DNA of 64,000 bases from Longimicrobiales bacterium (GTDB lineage: Bacteria > Gemmatimonadota > Gemmatimonadetes > Longimicrobiales > RSA9), in assembly GCA_035764935.1 (NCBI GenBank), contig DASTYK010000153.1, forward strand, positions 9,997 through 73,996. Reading direction: 5' to 3'. Every line of letters starts with the position of its first letter. Within the stretch, counting starts at the first letter, position 1. Under the pieces are notes generated by a model. It was not told the origin of the DNA. It did no database searches and saw nothing but the letters and a program-made list of their open reading frames with translations. Shown here in pieces: positions 9,392-17,419 of the stretch. The position numbers and the translations under genes were made by a program.

Positions 9392-9476
9392 CTCGCAGAT
9401 AGAACGACGTCGTTGTGTGCCGCTTCCGTGGGGCGCGGCCGAACGACGTCGTTTGCCTTTTCAGTCCCCGTTCAGG

Positions 9477-11129
9477 ATGGAGACCATGAAGCCGAAGTAT
9501 GTACTGATTGCCGCCGTGCTGATGGCCTGCGCGCCGGACACGGTGGACGCGCAGCACACCGGTCACGCGCCGGCGGATGTCCCGTTGTATGACAACCTTG
9601 GAACGCACGCGTACACGGTTACGACGAGTCAGCCGCGGGCACAGGAGTATTTCAACCAGGGGCTGCGGCTCTACTACGCGTTCAATCATGCCGAAGCGAT
9701 CCGCGCGTTCCGTGCTGCCGCGGCGCTGGACGACACGTGTGCAATGTGCTGGTGGGGGGAGGCACTGTCGTACGGGCCGAACATCAACCTGCCAATGGAC
9801 AGTGCTTCGGGCGCCGCGGCCTATGCGGCGATTGCCGAGGCGCGGGCGCGCAGTCAGCATGCGAACCCGCGGGAGCGTGCGCTGATCGAAGCGCTGGCGA
9901 CGCGCTACGCGGCGGTGCCGGCGGCAGACCGCGCGTCGCTGGACTCCGCGTATGCGCGGGCGATGGCGGCGGTGGCCGCGCAGTATCCGGACGACAGCGA
10001 GGTCGCGTCGCTGTACGCGGAAGCGATCATGGATCTCAGCCCGTGGAACTACTGGGAGCGGGACGGCTCGCCGCGGCCGCAGACGAGTGCGCTGCTGAGC
10101 GCGCTGGAAACGGTGATCGAGAGGGCGCCGAACCATCCGGGCGCGAACCACTTCTACATTCATGCAGTGGAGGCGGTGGACCCGGAGCGAGCGGTGAGTG
10201 CGGCGGAGCGGCTGGCGGGGCTGATGCCGGGTGCAGGCCACCTGGTTCACATGCCGGGCCACATCTACGTGCGCGTGGGCCGCTACCGCGACGCGATTGC
10301 CGCCAACGAGCATGCGGTGCACGCGGATGAGACGTACATCCGTGATCAGAAGCCGGCGTTCGGCGTCTATGTGGCGGGCTATTACCCGCACAATTACGAC
10401 TTTCTCGCGTTTGCCGCGAGCATGATCGGGCGACGTGAGCAGGCGATCGGCTCGGCGGACAGGATGATGGAGCTGCAGCCCGAGGAGATGCTTGGAGCGC
10501 CGGGGATGACGTTCATGCAGCATCACCGCACGCGCAGGCTGCAGATGCGGGTACGGTTCGGCGCATGGGACGAGCTACTTGCCGAGCCGGCACCGCCCGC
10601 CGAGTTGAAGCACGCACGAGCGATGTGGCATTACGCGCATGGCCGTGCGGCGGCCGCGACGGGCGACCACGCCGCAGCGGAAGCCGACCTCGCCGCCGTT
10701 CGCGCGGCCGCCGGGGATCCCGCGCTGGCGGACGAGCGCCTGGAGTTCAACACGGCAGGCGCAGTGCTCGCGATCGCGGCGGACGTGCTGGCGGGGCACA
10801 TTGCCGCGTCGCGCGAGGACTATGAGACCGCAGTGGCGCACCTGGGCAGGGCGGCGGAGGCAGAGAGCGCACTGACGTACGGCGAGCCGCCGGACTGGTC
10901 GATCCCGGTTCACCAGGAGCTGGGCGCGGTGCTGCTCCTTGCAGGCAGGCCGGCGGAGGCGCAGCGCGCGTTCGAGAAGGACCTCGCCTTCTTCCCCGAG
11001 AACGGCTGGTCACTGCACGGGCTGGCCCGTGCGCTGCGCGCGCAGGGTCGCACGGGGGAGGCGGACGAGGTGGAAGCGCGCTTTGCACGCGTATGGGAGG
11101 GTGCTCCGATCGGAGCCGGCCGGCAGTAG
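9477..11129 (+). CDS. Secreted TPR-like/helical-repeat protein of unknown function
   Basis: ATG 9477 gives METMKPKYVLIAAVLMACAPDTVDA (signal peptide). The body is helical and Ala-rich with a TPR-like unit (YFNQGLRLYYAFNHAEAIRAFRAAAALD). The track start 9123 overlaps tetR and is rejected. Confidence 0.7.
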   Translation: METMKPKYVLIAAVLMACAPDTVDAQHTGHAPADVPLYDNLGTHAYTVTTSQPRAQEYFNQGLRLYYAFNHAEAIRAFRAAAALDDTCAMCWWGEALSYGPNINLPMDSASGAAAYAAIAEARARSQHANPRERALIEALATRYAAVPAADRASLDSAYARAMAAVAAQYPDDSEVASLYAEAIMDLSPWNYWERDGSPRPQTSALLSALETVIERAPNHPGANHFYIHAVEAVDPERAVSAAERLAGLMPGAGHLVHMPGHIYVRVGRYRDAIAANEHAVHADETYIRDQKPAFGVYVAGYYPHNYDFLAFAASMIGRREQAIGSADRMMELQPEEMLGAPGMTFMQHHRTRRLQMRVRFGAWDELLAEPAPPAELKHARAMWHYAHGRAAAATGDHAAAEADLAAVRAAAGDPALADERLEFNTAGAVLAIAADVLAGHIAASREDYETAVAHLGRAAEAESALTYGEPPDWSIPVHQELGAVLLLAGRPAEAQRAFEKDLAFFPENGWSLHGLARALRAQGRTGEADEVEARFARVWEGAPIGAGRQ

Positions 11130-11172
11130 AGCACGGCGACGCACGCCATCGAACGCGTCGTGATCATAAGCG

Positions 11173-11207
11173 GGCGGCCCGGCACCACCGAGGGATGCCG
11201 GGCCGCC
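11173..11207. terminator. Hairpin between convergent genes (putative terminator)
   Basis: Perfect 12-bp stem GGCGGCCCGGCA / TGCCGGGCCGCC with an 11-nt loop. U-tracts are weak on both strands. Confidence 0.5.
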
Positions 11208-11245
11208 GTTCGCGCGTCCGGGTGCCTTACCGCAATTTCAGTCCG

Positions 11246-11653
11246 TCATTCCTGAACGCGCTGCAGCACGCGCTGCATGCGTGCCCGGACGTCCTCTGCC
11301 AGTGGCCGGATATCGTCACGTCCGGTCAGCCCCAGGGCGGGGACCGGGTCCATGATGCTGACGACACTGCTGTCGTCATTCTCCGCATACACGACGACGT
11401 TGCACGGCAGCAGCAGACCGATGTCGAGCTCTGCCGTGAGAGCGCGGTGCGCGAGTGGCGGGTTGCATGCGCCCAGGATGATGTAGGGGCGGAACTCGAC
11501 GTCCAGCTTCTTCTTCAGTGTTGCACGCACGTCGATTTCGGTGAGCACCCCGAAGCCTTCCGTCGCGAGCGCCTCGCGCACGCGCTCGACTGCAGCATCA
11601 TACGGCACGTCGATGCGGGTACCGAATCCGTAGGACAGCGTGATGTCGTTCAT
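11246..11653 (-). CDS. DUF302 domain protein
   Basis: About 135 aa. The core GFGVLTEIDVRATLKKKLDVEFRPYIILGACNPPLAHRAL ... LLPCNVVVY is the DUF302 pattern as I recall it. ATG 11653 is preferred over TTG 11659. Confidence 0.85.
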   Translation of the reverse strand: MNDITLSYGFGTRIDVPYDAAVERVREALATEGFGVLTEIDVRATLKKKLDVEFRPYIILGACNPPLAHRALTAELDIGLLLPCNVVVYAENDDSSVVSIMDPVPALGLTGRDDIRPLAEDVRARMQRVLQRVQE

Positions 11654-11705
11654 GGGCAACTGGACTCACTGTTCGAGGAGCGCACGCCGGGTCGCGCACG
11701 CGACG

Positions 11706-12569
11706 TCATGCGAGCTGAGCTTCGCCGGCCGGGATCGTGATGCTGAAGAGTGCGCCGCCGCCGGGCCTGTTCTCGGCGCCGATGCTGCCGCCGTGAGCTT
11801 CGACCACACCGCGCGCAATTGCCAGGCCCAGCCCGGTGCCGCCGGGGCTCGAGCGGCGGCCCTGCCAGAACGCGGCGAAGAGGTTCGGCAGATCCGCGGG
11901 GGGTATGCCGGGGCCGGTGTCGGCGACCGTGTAGCGCACCCAGCCGTTGATTTTGGTGCACTGCACGTCGATGGAGCCGCCGCACGGCGTGTAGCGGATC
12001 GCATTGTCCAGCAGGTTCGAGAGCGCCTGCTGCAGGCGGTGCCGGTCCCCCCGGATCAACGGCAGGTCCGCGTCCGCGAAGAAACGCAACGCCTGGGAGC
12101 TGGCGGCGGCGCGCGTCGCATGCATCTCGACCGCATCACGCGCAATGTCGGCGGCCGGGAGCCACTCCTGGTGCAGGTTGAGCTGCGACGACTCGAGCCT
12201 CACGACATCCAGCAGATCCTGGATCAGGCGGTCCATGCGCAGCGCGGAGCGCAGGATCACGTTGAGCTGGCGGGTGCGCTGCTCCTCGTTCATGGGGAGC
12301 TGCAGCAGGTCGACGCTGGTGACGATGGTGTTCAGCGGATCGCGCAGGTCGTGCGCGACCGCGCCGAGCACCTGGTCCCGGACGGTGAGTGCCTGGCGCG
12401 CTGCGCGCACCTGGTTCAGACACGTGTTGGCGAGCGCCCGCACGAGCTCCCGTGCCTCGTCGCTCATGCCATGCGCAGGATCACAGGAGGCAGCGATCAG
12501 CCGTTCGGCAGCGAGCGCGAGCTGCTCCTCCTGCTCTTGCCGCGGCCGTGCAGTCGTAGCGGTGGACAT
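11706..12569 (-). CDS. Soluble sensor histidine kinase (HisKA + HATPase_c)
   Basis: ATG 12569 has GGAGG 6 nt upstream. H-box AVAHDLRDPLNTI. ATPase motifs LSNLLDNAIRY, DTGPGI, GTGLGLAI. No TM segment and no adjacent response regulator. Confidence 0.85.
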   Translation of the reverse strand: MSTATTARPRQEQEEQLALAAERLIAASCDPAHGMSDEARELVRALANTCLNQVRAARQALTVRDQVLGAVAHDLRDPLNTIVTSVDLLQLPMNEEQRTRQLNVILRSALRMDRLIQDLLDVVRLESSQLNLHQEWLPAADIARDAVEMHATRAAASSQALRFFADADLPLIRGDRHRLQQALSNLLDNAIRYTPCGGSIDVQCTKINGWVRYTVADTGPGIPPADLPNLFAAFWQGRRSSPGGTGLGLAIARGVVEAHGGSIGAENRPGGGALFSITIPAGEAQLA

Positions 12570-12637
12570 GCGCACCTCCAGTAACGGGCTGCGGAGGGTC
12601 AACTTCTATAGTACCTCCGGCCTGTATTCCGGTCGTA

Positions 12638-12817
12638 GGAGTTTTCCTTACGTGCTGTGGGGAATTCCCTGCGCTCCGGCCGCTGCCGCCGCATTGTGCG
12701 CCGTGTCGCCGGCCGGGGCTCGATGGACACATCCGGAACGCGGCAGACCGGCAGAGAAAGCCCTACGTGATGTTCGTCGTTGTCCCGGCAGATTCCCTGT
12801 CTCGACCTGGGTATACT
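12638..12817 (+). promoter_or_regulatory. Upstream control region E1 (GGGGAATTCCC palindrome and conserved boxes) before usp
   Basis: Boxes in order: GGAGTTTTCC 12638-47; TGTGGGGAATTCCCT 12656-70; GGACAC 12725-30; GGAACGCG 12735-42; CGGCAGACCGGCAGAG 12741-56; TGGGTATACT 12808-17. The same ordered boxes occur inverted at 15639-15777. Confidence 0.45.
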
Positions 12818-12917
12818 CACGTGTGCCGGACAGCTGCCCCCGCAGCGCGCCGGCGGCAGGGAGTTGGACGTGTACGGCAAGCAGACGGTGCAAATCGAGC
12901 CGGAAGGAGGAAATCGC

Positions 12918-13811
12918 GTGAGCGTCGACAGGGTAAAGCACACAATCGACCGAATCGTGGCCGGCACCGACTTCAGTGCGCAGTCGCTCGACGCAGTGGA
13001 GTGGGTGTGTTCGCGGTTCGCGCCCGACGCGCGGTGCACCCTCGTGCATGCGCTCGAGGTGCCGCCTGCGCCGGTGTTCCTGCGCGGCGTTTTTCCCTCA
13101 CGTGACGAGGTGGTCGAACGCGAGCGGGTCGCGGCGCTGGAGCGACTGAACGCGCTGGTCGCGGAGCGGGGCTGGCAGAACGTGAGCGTCGAAGTCCGTG
13201 ACGGCCGACCGGACAGGGTCATCGCGGATGTGGCGACGAGCACCTCCGCAGACATCGTGGTCGTGGGTGAGCACTCGCGCCCGCGCGGTCTCTGGCCCAC
13301 GCTGGGCAGCACTGCGGAGGCACTCGTGCGCTGCGCGCCGGTCCCCGTTCTGCTTGCGCGCGCCGTGCCGCCGCACGCGCCGAAGCACATCCTGGTTGCC
13401 GTCGATGATTCGGAGCCGGCGCGGGCCGCAATGCGCTGGGCGTGCGGCTTTGCACGGGCCTTTGGCGCACACACGACCGTCTACCACGGTTTCCGTCCCG
13501 TGTACCTGAACCTGGCCGAAAGCGTATCCGGGATCGCTGCCGGGAAGCGACTGCGGCAGCAGCAGCTCGAGCAGGCAGAGGCGTGGGTGGAGCAGCAGGT
13601 GGATGACGTCGGGTTTCAGCAGGACGCGCTAACGATCCGGGTGCAGGAATCGGATCCGGCGACCGGCGTCATCTCGGCGCAGCGCGGTTCCGACGTGGAT
13701 CTCATCGTGATGGGAAGCAGTGGCGCGGGTGGGGCCGGACGTCTCCTCCTCGGCAGCGTCGCGGACGGGGTGCTGCGCGGTTCGTCGTGTTCGGTCCTGG
13801 TCGTGCGCTGA
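12918..13811 (+). CDS. Tandem universal stress protein (two UspA domains)
   Basis: GTG 12918 has GGAGG 8 nt upstream. Two Usp units each end in the ATP-binding-type motif (VVVGEHSRPRGLWPTLGSTAEALVRCAPVPVLL; IVMGSSGAGGAGRLLLGSVADGVLRGSSCSVLVV). Confidence 0.85.
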   Translation: MSVDRVKHTIDRIVAGTDFSAQSLDAVEWVCSRFAPDARCTLVHALEVPPAPVFLRGVFPSRDEVVERERVAALERLNALVAERGWQNVSVEVRDGRPDRVIADVATSTSADIVVVGEHSRPRGLWPTLGSTAEALVRCAPVPVLLARAVPPHAPKHILVAVDDSEPARAAMRWACGFARAFGAHTTVYHGFRPVYLNLAESVSGIAAGKRLRQQQLEQAEAWVEQQVDDVGFQQDALTIRVQESDPATGVISAQRGSDVDLIVMGSSGAGGAGRLLLGSVADGVLRGSSCSVLVVR

Positions 13812-13873
13812 CGACCAGGCTGCTCGGCGCACCCATACGCCGGGCGCAGGCTCAGCGCGCGCCGCGCTCCCTG

Positions 13874-15574
13874 TCACTGGACGTAGCGATCACGGATCGC
13901 CGCGATCATGGCGGTGCGGGCCGCTTCGATATCCGCATCCGGGTCGTTGTGAAACCAGCGCTCGATGCCGCGCAGGCGCGAGCCGAGCTCGTCATCGGCA
14001 ATCACTTCGAGAACCCAGCGGGAAAAGTCGCCTGCCCCGAGGTGCTCACGCAGCACCCCACTCGCGGCGCTCCTGATCTCGTCGCGGAACTCGGCAATGT
14101 TCGCGGCACTCGGGCGGTCCCCGTTGGCATGCCCGAAGTAGAACCGGAAGTTGGACGGCACCTCCGCATGCAGGTACTTCTGCTGGTGCCGCACGTGCGA
14201 CACCGAGCGCGGAGCGATCTCGAATCGCAGCACGCCATCCGCCGTCGCGAGCAGCGCCTCCCCCGGCTGGAGCACGAATGGCTGCTCCGCCTGGTCCGCA
14301 TCCTCCGGACCGCCGGCAGGGATACGGGCGAGCCGCTCTGCGCCCGGCAGCGCGAGGATGACATCGATGCCCGTCAGCAGGGGACCCGGCAGCACGGCCG
14401 GCCGGTGCGTAACCAGGCAGTGCGCGATCGGGGTTTCCTCCGGCCCTACCGTCAGCCCCTCTTCCGGGAGCAGCTGGTCCGCCTCCTCGACCACGATCCA
14501 GTGCGGGTACCCACGCTCCCGACGCAGCCGGTGCAGCTCGCGGATCACGGCGGAGGTGTACGCACGTTTCTCATCCGCCTCGAGCAGCGACATGTCCATC
14601 ACGACGCTGCTGAACCGGTTGCGCACCAGGGCGGCAATGCGCTCCGGGCGCGGCAGCGGCTCCAGCCCGCCCACCGTGACGACGCCGGCCAGCGTTTCGA
14701 GATTCGCGTGGTCCCCCTCTGCGTCGAGCACGCACACCGCGTACTGGCGGCTGACCAGGCGCTCGACGATCAGCCCGGCAAGGCGTGACTTGCCCGAGCA
14801 GCTCGCGCCGGCAATCAGCACGTTGACGCCCGAGCCCGGCAGCAGTGCAGGGGTTCCGTCTGCGCTGCGCCCCAGCTCGATCTGCCACCGCTTCGGCCGC
14901 ACGCTCAGCTCACCACGCAGGACCGGCCCCGCGAGGAATTCCGCGACGCCCTCACCGTTCGGCTCATCCAGGCAGAGGTCCGCATGGATCTTCAGCCCGG
15001 GCACGGCGTCGCCGACGGCAACTCCGATCTCGCACGCCTGCAGCAGAGAATGGTCGTTCTCGGCGTCGCCGATGCCGATCGCGGAGTGCCGTGACACTTC
15101 GAGCAGTCCGAACGCATGCAGCAGCCCCGATCCCTTGGACACGCCCGACGGCAGCACCATGAGCGCGCCCCTGTTGTAGACGAGCTGCGCTTCGAGTCCG
15201 AGATCCTCGATCGCCGTGCGGACCTCAGGGGCATAGTTCGCATCGGTCCCGATCAGCACGCGTCCGCGCTGGAACGGGACACACGCATTCGCGAGCACCG
15301 CGTCCAGCTCTTCCGGCAACGCCTCCGCCGACCAGAGGATCTCGGATGCCATCACGATGAGGCCTCCGTTCTCCGCAACGATCGCATCGAAGTGCCGGTC
15401 CACGTCCGGGAAGACCGCTCGCAGCTCCTCCACGCGACGGCCCGTGCAGAGCAGCACCTTTCGCCGCTGCCTGCGCAGCTCGGCGATCGCATCCAGCACC
15501 GGCGGATGCACGCGATCATCCCGCGCGATGGTGCCGTCGTAGTCCAGCGCGACGACGCGGAAGGTGTACGGCAT
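13874..15574 (-). CDS. Fusion protein: HAD-IIB (Cof-type) phosphatase domain + HerA/DUF87-like P-loop ATPase + conserved C-terminal region
   Basis: ATG 15574 (MPYTFRVVALDYDGTI carries the HAD motif I DxDGT). Late HAD motif GIGDAENDHSLL. ATPase part has Walker A NVLIAGASCSGKS, then VCVLDAEGDH (resembles the HerA/DUF87 DxxGEY/H box) and Walker B HWIVVEEADQLLP. The C-terminal ~150 aa has no motif I recognise. Confidence 0.75.
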   Translation of the reverse strand: MPYTFRVVALDYDGTIARDDRVHPPVLDAIAELRRQRRKVLLCTGRRVEELRAVFPDVDRHFDAIVAENGGLIVMASEILWSAEALPEELDAVLANACVPFQRGRVLIGTDANYAPEVRTAIEDLGLEAQLVYNRGALMVLPSGVSKGSGLLHAFGLLEVSRHSAIGIGDAENDHSLLQACEIGVAVGDAVPGLKIHADLCLDEPNGEGVAEFLAGPVLRGELSVRPKRWQIELGRSADGTPALLPGSGVNVLIAGASCSGKSRLAGLIVERLVSRQYAVCVLDAEGDHANLETLAGVVTVGGLEPLPRPERIAALVRNRFSSVVMDMSLLEADEKRAYTSAVIRELHRLRRERGYPHWIVVEEADQLLPEEGLTVGPEETPIAHCLVTHRPAVLPGPLLTGIDVILALPGAERLARIPAGGPEDADQAEQPFVLQPGEALLATADGVLRFEIAPRSVSHVRHQQKYLHAEVPSNFRFYFGHANGDRPSAANIAEFRDEIRSAASGVLREHLGAGDFSRWVLEVIADDELGSRLRGIERWFHNDPDADIEAARTAMIAAIRDRYVQ

Positions 15575-15638
15575 GGCGCTTCTCCCTCGTGCCCTCTCGT
15601 CCCTCAGCGGCTGTGAACCGAGGCGGAGCCGCACGGCA

Positions 15639-15777
15639 GACATACCCACTCGAATCTAACGCACTCTGCCGGTCTACCGGTGAGGAGGGGGCGCATTCCG
15701 TGTCCGCAGGACCGCTGCGGATCGGTGGTCGTCCTCGTGGGAAATTCCGCCCCATCGAATGGGGAATTCCCCGACAG
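15639..15777 (-). promoter_or_regulatory. Upstream control region E2 (GGGGAATTCCCC palindrome and conserved boxes) before the HAD-ATPase gene
   Basis: Read on the minus strand: CTGTCGGGGAATTCCCC (15777-15761), GGAATTTCCC (15748-39), GGACAC (15705-00), GGAATGCG, CCGGTAGACCGGCAGAG (ending at 15664), TGGGTATGTC (15648-39). Same order as E1. Confidence 0.45.
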
Positions 15778-15871
15778 CGGACGGGGTGGGCGTACGGCAT
15801 CTTGGCGGGCGGCAAATGAAGGACGCCCCGCCCGGACAGGCTCGCGAGGAGCATCCGGACGGGGCGTCGAA

Positions 15872-15945
<74 letters not shown>

Positions 15946-15958
15946 GTGGGAGACCAGA

Positions 15959-15987
15959 AACATAAACACAGGGCGGAAGCCTTGCAA
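15959..15987 (-). promoter_or_regulatory. Candidate sigma-70-type promoter for tRNA-Ile
   Basis: Minus strand reads TTGCAA, 17 nt, TATGTT, ending 13 nt before the mature tRNA 5' end. Confidence 0.45.
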
Positions 15988-16048
15988 CCCGCGGAGGGCC
16001 CTTTTTCCGTCGGCGGGCGGGCACGTCCGGCACCCCGAGAGGTACACC

Positions 16049-16348
16049 ATGTCGAGTTCGCACAGCCCGGCGGCGAGGCCGGAGATCACGAGCGATGCGC
16101 CGGAGCGTGAGCTTGTCGACGGAGCATGGCGGGAGCGCTGGTCGCTGGCGCGTCTCGAGCGCGAGTACATCCTGATCGTGCTGAACGAGATGGGCGGGCA
16201 TCGCGGCCGCACGGCGGAGATCCTGGGCATCGATCGGCGCACGCTGTACCGCAAGCTGCGCGAGTTCGGTATCAGGGGTGCGCGGCAGGCGCGGCGCGAT
16301 GCGGATGCGGGGGAGGCCTCGATGCGCGTGTCACGCGCCGGGGACTAG
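16049..16348 (+). CDS. Small Fis-type (HTH_8) DNA-binding protein
   Basis: 99 aa. The C-terminal LEREYILIVLNEMGGHRGRTAEILGIDRRTLYRKLREFGI matches the Fis/NtrC C-terminal HTH. No receiver or AAA+ domain. Confidence 0.65.
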   Translation: MSSSHSPAARPEITSDAPERELVDGAWRERWSLARLEREYILIVLNEMGGHRGRTAEILGIDRRTLYRKLREFGIRGARQARRDADAGEASMRVSRAGD

Positions 16349-16370
16349 CGCGACACCACCAGGAGGGGCC

Positions 16371-16868
16371 GTGCTGTCACAGACCGCGGAATACGCGCTG
16401 CGTGCGGTGTTCTACCTCGCGGAGCGGCCGGAGCAGGGGCCGGTGCGCGTGAACGACGTCGCCGAGGCGCTCGCCGTTCCGCAGAACTACCTGTCGAAGA
16501 TTCTGCACGTGCTGGCGCGCGAGGGCGTGCTCTCGTCATTGCGCGGGCCGCACGGAGGCTTCCAGCTGGCGGTCGCGGCGAGCGATCTGCGGCTGATCGA
16601 CGTGGTGAGTCATTTCGACGAGCTGACACTGGGCCGTCGCTGCGTGCTCGGCAGGCCGAAATGCAGTGACGCGAATCCCTGCGGTGCGCATGCGCGCTGG
16701 AAGCCCGTCGCTTCGCAGATCAGCTCGTTCTTTCGCGAGACCACGGTCGCGGATGCGCTGGCGAGTGCGCGTGCGATGGGCCATTCGGCGGCCGGCGCGG
16801 AGGTCCCGCTGCCTGCGCTGAACGGGCGTGGTCGTGATCTCGCGCCGGCCCGGAGCCTCGAGTCGTAG
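16371..16868 (+). CDS. Rrf2-family transcriptional regulator (probable Fe-S type)
   Basis: GTG 16371 follows AGGAGG (16361-66). N-terminus LSQTAEYALRAVFYLAE ... YLSKILHVLAREGVLSSLRGPHGGFQLA. Cys cluster RRCVLGRPKCSDANPCGAH (C-x6-C-x5-C). Confidence 0.9.
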   Translation: MLSQTAEYALRAVFYLAERPEQGPVRVNDVAEALAVPQNYLSKILHVLAREGVLSSLRGPHGGFQLAVAASDLRLIDVVSHFDELTLGRRCVLGRPKCSDANPCGAHARWKPVASQISSFFRETTVADALASARAMGHSAAGAEVPLPALNGRGRDLAPARSLES

Positions 16869-16870
16869 CG

Positions 16871-17266
16871 CTACAGGATCGGTCGGCCGATCGCCATGAT
16901 GCCGCCGACCACCAGCACGATGGTGGCCAGCACGCCCGCGATGCGCAGTCCGGTTGCGGGCTGCATGCGTTCACGCTCGCGGTTGCGTGCGGCGACACCG
17001 AAGCCGTGCGCGACGGCGACGGCAAGGAGCATGGTGAAGATGTGCCCCATGAGCTGCGGATAGAAGCCGCGCAGCAGCAGGAGCACGATGCCGACGACGA
17101 CCTGCAGGTCGAGCAGGCCCACGAAGATCATGTAGACGCGGTCGTGCGCGCGGCTGGCGGGCCGGCCGGGCCGGCCGGCCATGATCGCAGCGACGAGTGC
17201 GACCAGTGCGGCGAGCAGCACGAGGTAACGCACGCCAGAATGCAGACCGAGAACGAATTCGAGCAC
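16871..17266 (-). CDS. Small integral membrane protein (4 predicted TM helices)
   Basis: 131 aa with four hydrophobic stretches (YLVLLAALVALVAAIMA; MIFVGLLDLQVVVGIVLLLL; IFTMLLAVAVAHGFGV; IAGVLATIVLVVGGIMAI). No family recognised. Confidence 0.65.
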   Translation of the reverse strand: MLEFVLGLHSGVRYLVLLAALVALVAAIMAGRPGRPASRAHDRVYMIFVGLLDLQVVVGIVLLLLRGFYPQLMGHIFTMLLAVAVAHGFGVAARNRERERMQPATGLRIAGVLATIVLVVGGIMAIGRPIL

Positions 17267-17419
17267 TGAGCCTCCGGGAAAGTGGCGCGCCGAAAGTAGG
17301 TGCCGGGTGCGTTAATGAAAAGCCTGTGCTGGCGCGGCCGCATCGTTTTTCGTACTCTACCGCGGTCGAGGCCGGCGCGCCGGCCCGTCCACGCACTTCC
17401 TCCACAATCAGGAGCCGCC

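Noticed and set aside
12808-12817. TGGGTATACT as an extended -10 promoter element
   Set aside because: The TG is two bases, not one, from the TATACT hexamer, and no -35 is evident. It is reported only as a shared box within the E1/E2 regions, not as a called promoter.
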